From assembly GCF_009914755.1 (NCBI RefSeq), contig NC_060947.1: DNA of 64,000 nt, one strand, 5' to 3'. This document shows, one piece after another, positions 1 through 12,178 of this stretch; the first letter of the stretch is position 1, and each line of letters begins with the position of its first letter. A program made the position numbers and the translations under genes. The notes beneath the pieces were generated by a model. It was not told the origin of the DNA. It saw only the letters and a list, made by a program, of their open reading frames with translations, and did not search any database. This DNA is from the human T2T-CHM13v2.0 reference genome, Homo sapiens.

Positions 1-1068
1 TAACCAGAATATATAAGGAGCTCAAACAACTCTATAGGAAAAAAATCTAATAATCCAATCAAAAATGGGCTGAAGATCTGAATAGACATTTCTCAAAAGA
101 AGACATACAAATGGCCAACATATATATGAAAAGCTGACCAATATCATTGATCATAAGAGAAATGCAAATCAAAACTGCAATGAGATACCATCTCATCTTA
201 GTTAGAATGGCTTTTATCCAAGTGTAAGGCAATAACACACGTGGATGAGGCTGTTGGGAAAAGGGAACCCTTGTATACTATTGGTGGGAATATAAGTTAG
301 TAAAATTACTATGGAGAACTGTTTGGAGGTTTCTCAACAAACTAAAAATAGAACTTCCATAAGATCCATCAATCCCACTCCTATGTATATATTCAAAAGA
401 AAGGAAATCAGTATATCAAAGAGATATCTGCACTCTCATGCTTATTACACCTTGGCTATTCACAATAGCCAAGATTTGGAAGCAATCTTAACGTCCATCA
501 ACCTATACATGGATAAAGAAAAAGTGGTATATATACACAATGGAGTGCTATTCCTCCTTCAAAAAGAATGATATTCTGTCATTTGCTACCACATAGTTTG
601 AGGTGGGTGTCATGATGTTACATGAAATAAACCAGACATAGAAAGACTAACCTTTCATGGTCTTAATTATTTGTGGGAGGTAAAAGTTAAAACAATTGAA
701 CTCATGGAGATGGAGAGTAGAAGGCTGGCTACCAGAGGCTGGGAATGGTAGTGGGGGTATGGGGCTTAAGTGGCAATGGTTAATGGTACAAAAAAAAGTT
801 AGAAATAATAAATAAGACCTAGTGTTTTCTAGCACAATAGTCAAATGTAATTTATAATCAAATGTATTTTAATTGTACATTTTAAAGTTACTAAATGAGT
901 ATAATTAGATTGTAATACAAAGGATAAATGCTTGAGGTGATGGATACACCATTTACCCTGATGTGATTATTATGCATTGCATTCTTGTGACAAAATATCT
1001 CATGTAACCCATAACTACATAAACCTACCATGTACATACAAAACTAAAAAATAGAAATAAAAATAAAT
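1..1068 (+). mobile_element. L1 (L1MA1-4-like) ORF2 3' end and 3' UTR, continuing off the left edge
   Basis: Decayed ORF2 C-terminus (aaatgcaaatcaaaac..., atggagaactgtttggagg), L1MA-type 3' UTR (aaaggataaatgcttgaggtgatggatac) and A-rich tail ~1040-1068. Closely similar to the L1 3' end at 27950-28910. Confidence 0.9.
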
Positions 1069-3179
1069 CTGAATCAAATACTAACATTTGTTAAATCTCA
1101 GTGCTAGGTATACAGGTATTGCTATCAGCACCTTATGTTTTCTTGTATTTTGTACGTTTAAACTTCATATATATACAAAACTACATATATACATAAAACT
1201 TGGGTTCAAATGAAACTAACTGGACTTTTTGAGTGGGGTAAAGAACAAAATATTCTTTGGATTAGCAGGCTATTTCTAGGCTAAAGTTGAATTCGGGATA
1301 AACAGCAATAAAAGAATCAAGCAATCTTCGTGTGTGCATGTGTGTGTGTCACCTCATTTGAAGGGTTAGAGGTCTTGGGAAGAGGAATAGAAGATAATAT
1401 AGACATTAAGCAATATTCATGTTATACTTAAGATGGGTGAAAAAAGGATGAAAAGAAAGTTGAGTGACAGGAAGCGTCTTGAAGTCATAAATTTGTTTTT
1501 TATCTAATAGACTATTGGAGGTAAAACATCGTTTTTGAAGTAATGAGGTAACAAAAGTCATCTCCTGGGAAAACCACTCTGATGGAAGTTATGGGCTGGT
1601 ATAACTTGAACAAGCCTCTTCCTACCTGCTCTCATAAAGGAGGGCACAACACAATAGGAGTTTTTATTCCTGAATTCCTTCACCTCCTTATGCCATCTTG
1701 TAGGAAAGGATTTAAGACAGGCCCTTCTCTACCTATCTGCCACTTTTCCATCAAAAGAATTACAGAGTTTAGCAGTTTGGAGACAGTTTTCACAGATATT
1801 ATTCACTTTACCAGATAGTTCTTCTGTAGGATGGCATTTTCAATAAGGGTACATTGCTTACTGCCTTTAAAATATTATACAAAATAATTTTGCTATGAAA
1901 TGAAATGAAATGTCTATCTACTGTCAAACCACTTTTTCTTATATCTCTCCTGTAAAAGTAAATGAAAGAAGGAAATGATTCTGCATTTTTAGTCCAGGCA
2001 AATCCCACTTCATATCAACTCAGTACTTTCAACATTTCAGGCTGTTACTTTTCTAATAAAATGCAAAAAAGAAAATCAGTGATGAAATGACTCTTTGTAA
2101 TGTTGCTTGATTCAAAGGGACTGACATCCCACATAGTATTATTTCCTATTGCTTCCTTATGGTTACTTGAAAACTAATCAGAGATTAATTATCCATAGCT
2201 CCATACAGAGGAGTAAAGGGCATTTTTTTTCACCTGAAATTTGGAATAGTTAACAAAGGTTTTTAACAAAGAACTCTATTATGTGTCAGGGGACTTGGGG
2301 TTCATCTCCGACAAGATTTGCTACTGGTACAAGAGACAAAAATGTCATTACTGCTCCTCACTCTAACTGTGGAACTAGGATGATACTTAGCTAACACAGG
2401 ATTTATTATAAACTTTCAAATACTATTCAAAGGCTGTTTGTCAGTTTATGATGAAAGTTTACATGTTAAAGGAATACAAACACAAAATAAATTAACACAG
2501 AGAAAATAACCAGTGTGATAAATGACAAAGTCTTTATGTGTTATTGCAAATTACAGATCTCTATAATCACTTGAAAAGGACTCAAGCATTTAACATCACA
2601 GTAGTATATTTATATATTTTTGCAATGTAAAATATATTCCATTGCATGCCCTTTTAATGCTGTGCCAACACATAACGTAATTGTAGAATAACATTCATTG
2701 TAAGAATTGATGGAAGCCATTATGTTATAGGTTAAGTGAAATGATAATGGCAGGGTATGGTAATAAAATTCTTCTTGTACAAAAAGGAGAATGAAGAAAA
2801 GCACTTTATTTCTTCTTCAAAAAAGCCTTCTTGCTAAAAGATAATTCCAAGATAAGTGAAACAAATATCATCCAAAGTGGTGTTAGAAGAAAATAATACA
2901 AAAAACTCATGTTTATTTTTATCTCCTGTCTTTTAATTCTTGGTTTTTTGTGTTTTGTAATTCACATAAATACTGGTATGGTTATACATGTTTATAATTT
3001 ATAAACAAATAAATGGTGCAACAAGACCATTTCAATGACTTCATCAAATCTTACCTAAGTTAGTCTTCTAATTTGTCCCACTGCCTCTAGTCTCACCCAT
3101 ATCCCTCCATTCTTTACTCTACATTGTCAGCAGAGGCATCTTTCCAAAGTGTATATGTGATTTTGTTTTTATAACACAT

Positions 3180-3570
3180 TTGATTTCTTGGAAACAGACT
3201 GTGAGATGAGGGTTTATATGCAGGAGGTTTACTGGGAATGTTCTCAGAAGATATACGTATAAGGAAGTAGGGAAGGCAGGGTGGAGCAGAGGGAAAATTT
3301 TATTCCCACTGCTTTGCAAATGGAGCCTTAGAGTACACTTCAGAAATAACTGGAGCTTGAATGTCCAGCTTTTCAGTGTTGTCTCAAATTGAAGAAAGGG
3401 GCTTTTACTTTTGAACCCCCAGAAAGCCAATCATTGTCCATAGACTAAATGACATAAGAGTTGTTGTAAATTTGGGTAAGGATGCAGTGTTCTTTGGGGT
3501 TCCCAACTGTGAGCTGCCAGCAGAAGACATTTCCAACATTGGCCCTGAAGAGATCTTGGGGGATTGATAC
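3180..3570 (-). mobile_element. LTR16-like ERVL solo LTR fragment
   Basis: Reverse complement (cattcccagtaaacctcctgc; ccctttcttcaatttgagacaacactgaa) aligns by eye to the LTR16-type LTR at 33145-33560. Confidence 0.65.
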
Positions 3571-4026
3571 CTTACCTATTACAAAGTTCTAATCCCAAAC
3601 AAAGATATTAAAAATTTAAGTTAAGAGAGATAAGGGGAGGATTTGTGAATAATTTATGTTATTTAAAAGAGAATTATTGCTGTGCTCCGAAGAAGAAAAG
3701 TGTTTTTCTGTCTTTTTTTTTTTTTTTGGTGGTGGGAGAGGGATATCCTTTTCATGTCAAACTTACGAAAAGAAGCTCTAATGCATCCAATTTTAAAATC
3801 CTAAGGCAGATTTCTTGAAGTTTGAGAAACTCAGTAGACTGTGGTCTAACTCCACCCACAAAAATATGGAAGCCTAAGTCAACTTTGTCGGGTAGTGAAA
3901 ACAAGATGCTGCTTCATATGGGCGGCTATTCACTCCCCTCCAGTGGTTATTCAAAGGCCCAAGAGCTAACCAAGTTTGCTAAGGTAAGTACTCAAATAAT
4001 TATAATGCCAAAAATACTATGAATAA

Positions 4027-4349
<323 letters not shown>

Positions 4350-4600
4350 TTTCAAGACAATTGCTAGTGGGTTGTGAAGGAAAAGAAAATTGCTTCTAGT
4401 TTCAAAAAGTAGAGAAAAGTTTTACACACTAATTTGCATTTTATGTGGTATTGATCTGTAATGAAGAGAGGGGAAAGCCTAAGGAGGAAGGTTTAAGGTG
4501 AAGTAAACAGCCTGAGGCAAAGTACCAGTGTTAAAAGTACTGTGAAAGAAGAGTATGTCAGATGACACAATGAAATACATTGAAATATCACTGTGGATCT

Positions 4601-4989
4601 ATATTAGTTTATTAGGGCTGCCATAACAAAATACCACAGACTTGGTAGTTTAAACAGAGCTCTGGAGGCTGGAAGTCCAAGGTCAAGTGTCAGCAGGGTT
4701 GGTTTCTCCTTAGGCCTCTCTCCTGGGCTTGCAGATAAGTGTCTTCTCACTCTGGCGTCATATAACCTTTCTTCAGTTTGTTTGTATCCCAGATCTCTCC
4801 TTAGGTGTCCAAAATTTCTTGTTTCATAAGGACACCAGTCAGATTGGTTTAGGCCCACCCTAAAGGCCTCATTTTAATTTTATCAGCTTTTTAAGAGCAC
4901 TATCTCCAAATACAGTCACATTCTGAGCTACTGAGTTTTAAGACTTCAATACATGACTTTTGGGGGAACACAAAATGTTCCCCATAACA
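4601..4989 (-). mobile_element. MLT1A/B-type MaLR solo LTR
   Basis: Starts attagtttattagggctgccataacaaaataccacagact and ends ccccataaca, a typical antisense MLT1. Confidence 0.85.
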
Positions 4990-5124
4990 GGGGAAATTAA
5001 TCTATTATAAACTTGTCCATATATGTAAACCTGAGATAGAATTATGTAACAAAAAGAAATTAAAATTTTGACAGTAGAAAAGTCTTTGATGATTCCTAGT
5101 TCATTTATTCATTGAAAGATTAAC

Positions 5125-5290
5125 AGTGTGACCTTGAACAACTTATGTAATTTCTTTAATCTTCTGCTTCCTCAATGAAAAAATGAGTACAAAAATGTCT
5201 ACTTTATTGAGTGGTTGTGAAGATTAAATAAGATAATAATTTCTAAATAATTCAGCATATAAACTGACAGTAATTTATAGATCAATATAA
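5125..5290 (+). mobile_element. MIR fragment
   Basis: Core motif tgtgaccttgaacaactta ... gttgtgaagattaaataagataat. Confidence 0.65.
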
Positions 5291-5334
5291 TTTATCTTAC
5301 CTTATTTTCTTCTAACTTTGGCTAAAATTATACA

Positions 5335-5615
5335 CTGTCAGTGAAGTCTTAATTGACCATTCTTTTAAAAATCATAACTTTCTATTTCCCTTGCTAGCAT
5401 ATCTTCATATACCTTCTGTTTATTTTTCCTTGTGGTACCTGCTATCTAACATACAATATATTTATTTATTTACCTAAAATTTGTTTTCTGACTAGCCCCT
5501 ACTAGAATGACAGCTAATTGTGTATAGAAACATCACCTTTTTCTCTGCTGTATCCCCGTGCCTAGAATATGTTCTAGCACGTAAGTGCTCAGAAAATATT
5601 GGTTGAATTAATTAA
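5335..5615 (+). mobile_element. L2 3' end fragment
   Basis: ccctactagaatg ... gtgcctagaata ... gtgctcagaaaatattggttgaat. Confidence 0.65.
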
Positions 5616-6064
5616 TTAATATTGAATACTATTTAGAGAAAAAATTAACTTATGCTATAATCAGATTTATAGATTAATACTTAAAGAGCCTTCAACCAAG
5701 GATTTATCATTATAACAGACATACATGAAGAGGCTTTAATAAAATTTATGGTTGATAGGCAACTAATATTGTGAAATGGCTACATTTCAGACTAGGCAGG
5801 CATAGCATCCCTATAGGACTGGCAACAAAGCTGATTGAAGAGTTCCTGTTTTTTCATTTTCATTGACATGGAGCAGACTTGTTTTAACAGAGAAACAAGA
5901 TGACAACTTGTTAAATGAACTAGACTGAAGAGACAAGCCACAGAGCACTTGAAAATCCACCTTTCACTCGACTTTCTTTGACTTCAGAGGACATTATTAA
6001 AAACCTTGGAGGTTTTACATTAGAGGTAGGTGATATTTACATTGCAACGATTTGTATTCTAGCC

Positions 6065-6200
6065 ACTTATGTATATATGTTATCTCAAGTAATCCTCACA
6101 ACAACCCAATGACGAAGATACAATTATAAGCCTCTCTTTCTAGATGAAAACACCAGAGGCTCAGAGAGTTGAAGGAACACTATAAAGCCACCCATTTGAG
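6065..6200 (-). mobile_element. MIR fragment
   Basis: aatcctcacaacaaccca ... tagatgaaaacaccagaggctcagagagtt. Confidence 0.6.
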
Positions 6201-8009
6201 AAGTGTTATTCATGATATGTACCTGTGTCTTCAGAGAAATAGGACATTGCTTTCTTCACTCTAAAACATTGCCATTTTCTAATTAACATTCCTTTCTGAG
6301 ACTGTTGATAGCAGCCTAGAGTTATGAATTAGAATCACTTCAGGTCATTTTCTCCTCTATAACATATTCCACATAGCCTAGTACCAAATCCTGACCATGT
6401 GTTCAGATTCTAAATAAATCATCTACACAACAAATTCTGCCAAAATACATTAATTAACACAGTTGGTGGTACTAGATAAATGTCTACCCTGTGAATGCTT
6501 AGGGTACTTGAAGGAAAGAAAATCATTTTAAGTAGATATTATTGGAAACTTTACAGTTTCCAAAGGGTCTGTGCAAGCTCCTCAACGTGTTGGAATCTGA
6601 TTCCAAGGCCCAAAATGCAGGAAATGGGCCCTTTGTTTTCTGATTCAGATAGCAAAGTTAGGAGTAATTCCATAGTCAACTGATTTTATTTCAAAGTTCC
6701 AGACCAAAATATTAAACTTCAATCTAGGATTCTACATAGAATTCAAATCTCTAAACAAATTTTATTTCAAATATTTATTTCAATGGTCATTGAGATATCT
6801 GCTATGATGCCATTCACTGTGCTGGACACAGATAGATGCAAGAAGCTATAAGAATAGATACAAGTTATACAACACAATTATATCTTCAAAGTGGGAATCA
6901 GTGCTGGAAGATAAAAGCACCAGCTAAAGACGTAGACAGTGCTCCCAGTCCCGGATCCACTATTATTTCTGAAACTCACATTATGTTTAACTGAAAATAA
7001 TAACATACACTTCAGAAAATTTTTATGAGGATTTCATAGTTTAACATAAAGTGTCCAGAGTCTGACACATAGTTGGTGTACAAAAGTTAAACATTTTTAT
7101 TAAAGTTATTATTATTAATAGAAAGCTAGGTAGTACAAGCAACATGAAATGCATCTAATAAAAAATGAGGGAGCACAGCTTTGGTGATATATGCTATTGC
7201 CATATTTTTTCCCATTGCCATACAGGGCATTGTTATACCAAAAACACTATGAAACTCATAAAAAATAATTTTTATATCAATATTGTCTAAAGTGCTTTCC
7301 TTAATATGTAGAAGTCCTGAAAATGAGGCAGAACAAGTTTTGTTGTGTTTATTGTAGCTAATAAAGTATAGGGTCTGAATCTTCTGATACCATGCAGTGC
7401 TCTTGCTACAACATGCAAGGCTGCTGATCTCTAGATGTGTGCTCTTCCATTTGCTACCTCTCAATAATATTAAAAGTACATGCCAACTAGAGCAGGCAAG
7501 TGGTCCCTTATCTGCACCTGTATCTGTATCCATATTCATATTTATATTAAGTTACATGCAATCACATTGCATTTTTGTAAGTCAAAATTAGCAAAATTCC
7601 AGTGATTTTGTATGATTTAACATGCTTACATATATGCAGTATGGGATATTGTTTAAAAGTGTGGGTTTTGGTATTGGACAGATGTAGACCTATAGTCTAG
7701 CTCTTTCACATAAGTTATATAAACAATGGAAAGATCATTGTCTATTGAGTGCTTCAGAACTCTGATTGTTTTAATGGAAATATTAAATATTAAAATCAAT
7801 AACAGTTGCTTCTTAAGAGTTGTGCTTACCATATATTAAGTACTGATTATTATAATTATGAGTAGCCATGAGGATGTTCACCCACAGTGAAGATGGAATC
7901 ATCCATACTTCCTTGAAAAGGCATCTGGGTTAATTATAGCAAATATTTGCAACTTATAGAAGTACTGTGCTGAAACCATCCTGTCAAACTCATAAGAATT
8001 AAATGTTAA

Positions 8010-8316
<307 letters not shown>

Positions 8317-8484
8317 CAAATCTGTAGGAAATTTTATATCTGGTTCCCACAGTCATTATTCAAAATTAAGTTATATAAACTTAAATATTTTGTTCCATTT
8401 TATTATTATTTATGTTATTGAGATTATTTACGTCTATTGTACCTGTATAATGAAATACTAAATAAGAATGTGCTACTGTGTATC

Positions 8485-8635
8485 TCTTCCCACCTATACA
8501 TTCAGTAACATCAGCTTGGTAACTTTAACTTAGCAATAGTAAGAATTTTAACACCACGGAAGTCAGCCAATGCTATTAATAGGGGCTTTTTCAACCCAGA
8601 GTGCCAGTTGTTAAACATTAATTAGTTCACCATTA
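8485..8635. mobile_element. MER63-like hAT (Blackjack) MITE fragment
   Basis: ttaacaccacggaagtcagccaatgcta ... gccagttgttaaacatt resembles the recalled MER63A consensus. Confidence 0.55.
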
Positions 8636-8837
8636 CACCAAAGTAATATCAGCCGCATTTAACCTCAGTATCATATGAAATGCTTACAAACTCCCCTCCA
8701 AGCATCTGAATTTTATGACCTGCTTACAACCATCTTCATTAAAGCACTGAACAGAATATAAGGCAAATGAAAAATGTGAGGGTGTGGATCATTACTAAAT
8801 AGTCACAAAATTAGCCCAGGTTTGGAAACTTCTCTTT

Positions 8838-9256
8838 GAGATAAATTTCACTTCATTATTGTGAATGATCTTTTTGATGTGCTTCTCTCAAGAAATTTTA
8901 AAATTTCCCTTGTAATTTCTTCATAGTTTCAGAAATTACATTTAAGTCTTTAATCCATTTTGAATTTATTCTTGAATATGGTGATAAATAAGGGAAGGGT
9001 CTAATTTCATTCTTCTGTATATGATTATCCTGTTTTTCCAACACCATTTATTAAACAAATTCTCCTTTCCCCAATGTATGTGCTTGGCCCCTTTGTTGAA
9101 AATCAGTTGGGTGAAAATTAGAGGATTTATTCTTGAGCTCTCAACTTTGTTCCATTGGTCATATGTCTGTTTTCATGCCAGTACCATGTAGTTTTGATTA
9201 CTACAGTTTTGTGGTATATTTTGAAGTCAGACAGAATGATGACTCCAGCTTTGTTC
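8838..9256 (-). mobile_element. Composite of antisense L1 ORF2 fragments
   Basis: Three non-collinear L1 pieces (see findings). The main piece, 8920-9256, is the 3' part of ORF2 (tttaagtctttaatccattttga ... ccagctttgttc). Confidence 0.8.
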
Positions 9257-10408
9257 AAAGAGATAATCTGAAACTGGAACTTTTATTTAAGACAAAAGCA
9301 GAGCATAAAAGTTTAAAAAATTTGCAGCCTGACCATGTGGTGGAAAAGAAAAACCTGTTTCCAGGGAGAAATTCGAGCAGGTAGCAGAAATTTTTATAAA
9401 GAGGAGCCAAGCCAAGACAATGGGGAAAATGCTTGGAAGGCATTTCAGAGACATCCAGGGCAGATTCTCTCATCACAGGCCTGGTGGCCTAAGAGGGAAA
9501 GAATATTTTGTGCACCAGATCCAGGGTCCTACTGCTCTGCACAACCTCAGGACACTGCTCCCTGTGTCCCAGCCACTACAGCTCCAGCCATGGCTCAAAA
9601 GAACCAAGGTACAGCTCTGGCTGCTGCTTCAGAGGGTGCAAGCCATGGCTTCCATGGGGCGTTTAGCCTTCAGGTGTACAGAGAGCAAGAGTTGAGGCTT
9701 GGTAACACCCTCCTAGATTTTAGAAGATGTATGGAAATGCCTGGATTCCCAGGCAGAAGTCTGCTTGAGGGGTGGAGCCCTCATGGAGAACCTCTACTAG
9801 GGCAGTGCAGAGGGAAAATGTGGGGTTTGAGCCCCCACAGAGAGTCCCCACTAGAGCACTGCCTAGTGAAGCTAAGAGAACAGGGCCACAATTCTCCAGA
9901 CCCCAGAATGATAGACCCACTGACAGTTTGCACCATGTGCTTGGAAAAGCCACAGGCCCTTAATACCAGCTTGTGAAAGCAGCGGTTGGTGGCAGGGTGG
10001 GGCGGGGGGAGCTGTAAACTGCAAAGCCACAGAGGCAGAGCTATTGAAGACCTTGGGAGCCCACCTCTTGCATCAGTGTTACTTAGATGTGAGACATGGA
10101 GACAAAGGAGATTATTTTGTAGCTTTAAGATTGAATGACTGATCTGCTTGTTTTTGGACTTGCATAGGGCCTGTAACCCCTTTGTTTTGTCTGATTTCTC
10201 TCTTTTGAAACAGGAGTACTAACAAATGCCTGCACTCCCATTGTATCTTGGAATTAACTGACTTGTTTAAAATTTTACAGGTTCATTGGTGTAAGGGACT
10301 TGCCTTGTCTGAGGTAAGACTTTGAACTGTGAACTTTTGTTTAAATGCTGGAGTGAATTAAGACTTTGGGAGACTGTCAGGAAAGCAGAATTGCATTTTG
10401 AAATGTAA
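9257..10408 (+). mobile_element. MaLR (MST/THE1) internal sequence without LTRs
   Basis: aaagcagagcataaaagtttaaaaaatttgcagcctgacc; ggagccctcatggagaacctctactagggcagtgcag; agactttgggagactg near its 3' end. Confidence 0.9.
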
Positions 10409-10973
10409 CATTAACTTTTTGTTTCATTGATCTTTTGTATTTTTTTCATTTCAAATTTATTTCTGCTCTGATATTTATTTTTATTAATTTGGGGTTTGGT
10501 TTGAACTTGCTTTTTAATGATGCATTGTTAAAATGCATGGTTAAATTGTTTATATAAAGTTTTTTCTATGTTTTTATGTAAGCACTTATATCAATTAACT
10601 TCCCTCTTTGTACTGTTTTTACTGTGATTCACAGGTTTTCATATATTTTGTTTCTATTATTATGTATTTCAAGACATATTCCAATTTCCTTCTTAATTTC
10701 TTCATTGACTCTCTGGTAATTCAGGAGCATATTGATCAATTTCTTTGTATTTTGTATAGTTCCCAAAATTCCTCATGTTATTAGTATCTAGTTTTACTCC
10801 ATTATGGCCAGAGAAAATGTTTGATATTATTTCATTTAAAAAAAATTTAAGATTCATTTGGTGAACCTAACATATGGCCTCTTCTTGAGAATTATCCATG
10901 TGCTAAATAAAGGAATATTTATTCTGTAGTCACTGTATGAAATGTTCCGTAAATATCTATTAGATCCATTTAG

Positions 10974-11554
10974 GCCTCCGAAGGAACTGAAAGCTACCAA
11001 GAACCTAAAGCAGCAGTGCTCTCCATCTCATGTCGTGCTTCATTCTTCTCTTCAGCAGTGGCTTCCTCTGCTCCTCAGATCTCATGGCAGATAACATGGC
11101 AGCTGCACATTTTTCTTGAGGAGTAGACTTTTCTCCTTTTCTCTCCAGAAGGGAGCAGTATTGAAGGTGTAGGAGCCAAGGTAAAACTCTTCCTTTGCCC
11201 TCTGAAGGTTTGCTGAACAATCGACTGGCGAAACGCAGATTAATAGGAGAAATGGCGTCCAAATTTATTAGTGTGCACAGGAGAAAAACCACAGAGTGAT
11301 TACCCAATATCCCAATGGGTAACTGGGGAAGGGAAATGGAAAAGTGTGGATGATTTTCGGAGGGTAGTAACTCATTTTCAGGGGAATTCAATGGGCTTAG
11401 AGAACATATAATGGCCTGGGACAAAATCTATTGGGCCTGAAGAGCCTATGATGGTTTGTGACAAAAGTCTGTCCAGGTTTGTTGACAGACTTCAGCTTTT
11501 CTTCCTGTGATATTTGTTCAGTTAATAAAAATTCAAGGAAGAAAAGAAAAAAAA
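10974..11554 (+). pseudogene. Retrocopy or orphan transduction of an unidentified polyadenylated RNA (MLT1-like fragment plus antisense ERV1 MER34/MER39/LTR48-group LTR segment)
   Basis: AATAAA at 11524-11529, A-tail ~11539-11555, TSD agatccatttag (10962-10973) / aggtccatttag (11555-11566). The host L1 reads through once the insert is removed. Confidence 0.8.
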
Positions 11555-12100
11555 AGGTCCATTTAGTCTATATTGCAGATTAGATCAAATGTTTCTTTGC
11601 TGATATTCTGTCTAGAACTTCTGCCCAGTGTTGAAAGTGGGTTGTTGAAATCTCCAGCTATTATCATATTGGGACCTATCATTCTTTGTAGTGCAAATAA
11701 TATCTTTTTATATATATGGGTACTCCAGATTGGGGTGTATATGTATTTAAAATTGTTATATTCTCTTCCTGAATAGACCCCTTTATTATTATATAGTGAC
11801 CTTCTTTGTCACTTATTATAACTTTGTCTTAAATTCTATTTCATCTGATGTAAGTATAGTGACTCCTGCTATTATTTTGGTTTCCATTGACACGGCTTAT
11901 CTTTTTCTATCCTTTATTTTCAGTCTATGTGTCTCTTTATAGGTGAACTGTGTTTCTTGCAGGCCAAATATAAATAAATCTTTATTTTATTACCCTTTCA
12001 GCTACTTTATATCTTTTGATTAAAGAATTTAGTCCATTCTCATTTAAGGTTATTATTGATAAGTAGGAACTTACTCCTGCCATTTTCTTGTTTTCATTTT

Positions 12101-12104
<4 letters not shown>

Positions 12105-12176
<72 letters not shown>
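12105..12176. repeat. Compound microsatellite (CT)n(GT)n
   Basis: Visible directly. Confidence 0.95.

Positions 12177-12178
<2 letters not shown>

Noticed and set aside
3981-3990. Perfect splice donor aag|gtaagt
   Set aside because: No convincing upstream acceptor or coding context; such 9-mers occur by chance in 64 kb.
9335-9976. 213-aa ORF as a novel or domesticated protein
   Set aside because: It lies wholly in MaLR internal sequence, with no promoter or splice context; MaLR ORF-like residues are split across frames.
11005-11424. 139-aa ORF in the retrocopy insert
   Set aside because: It is antisense to the poly-A orientation, LTR-derived, and has no recognisable domain.
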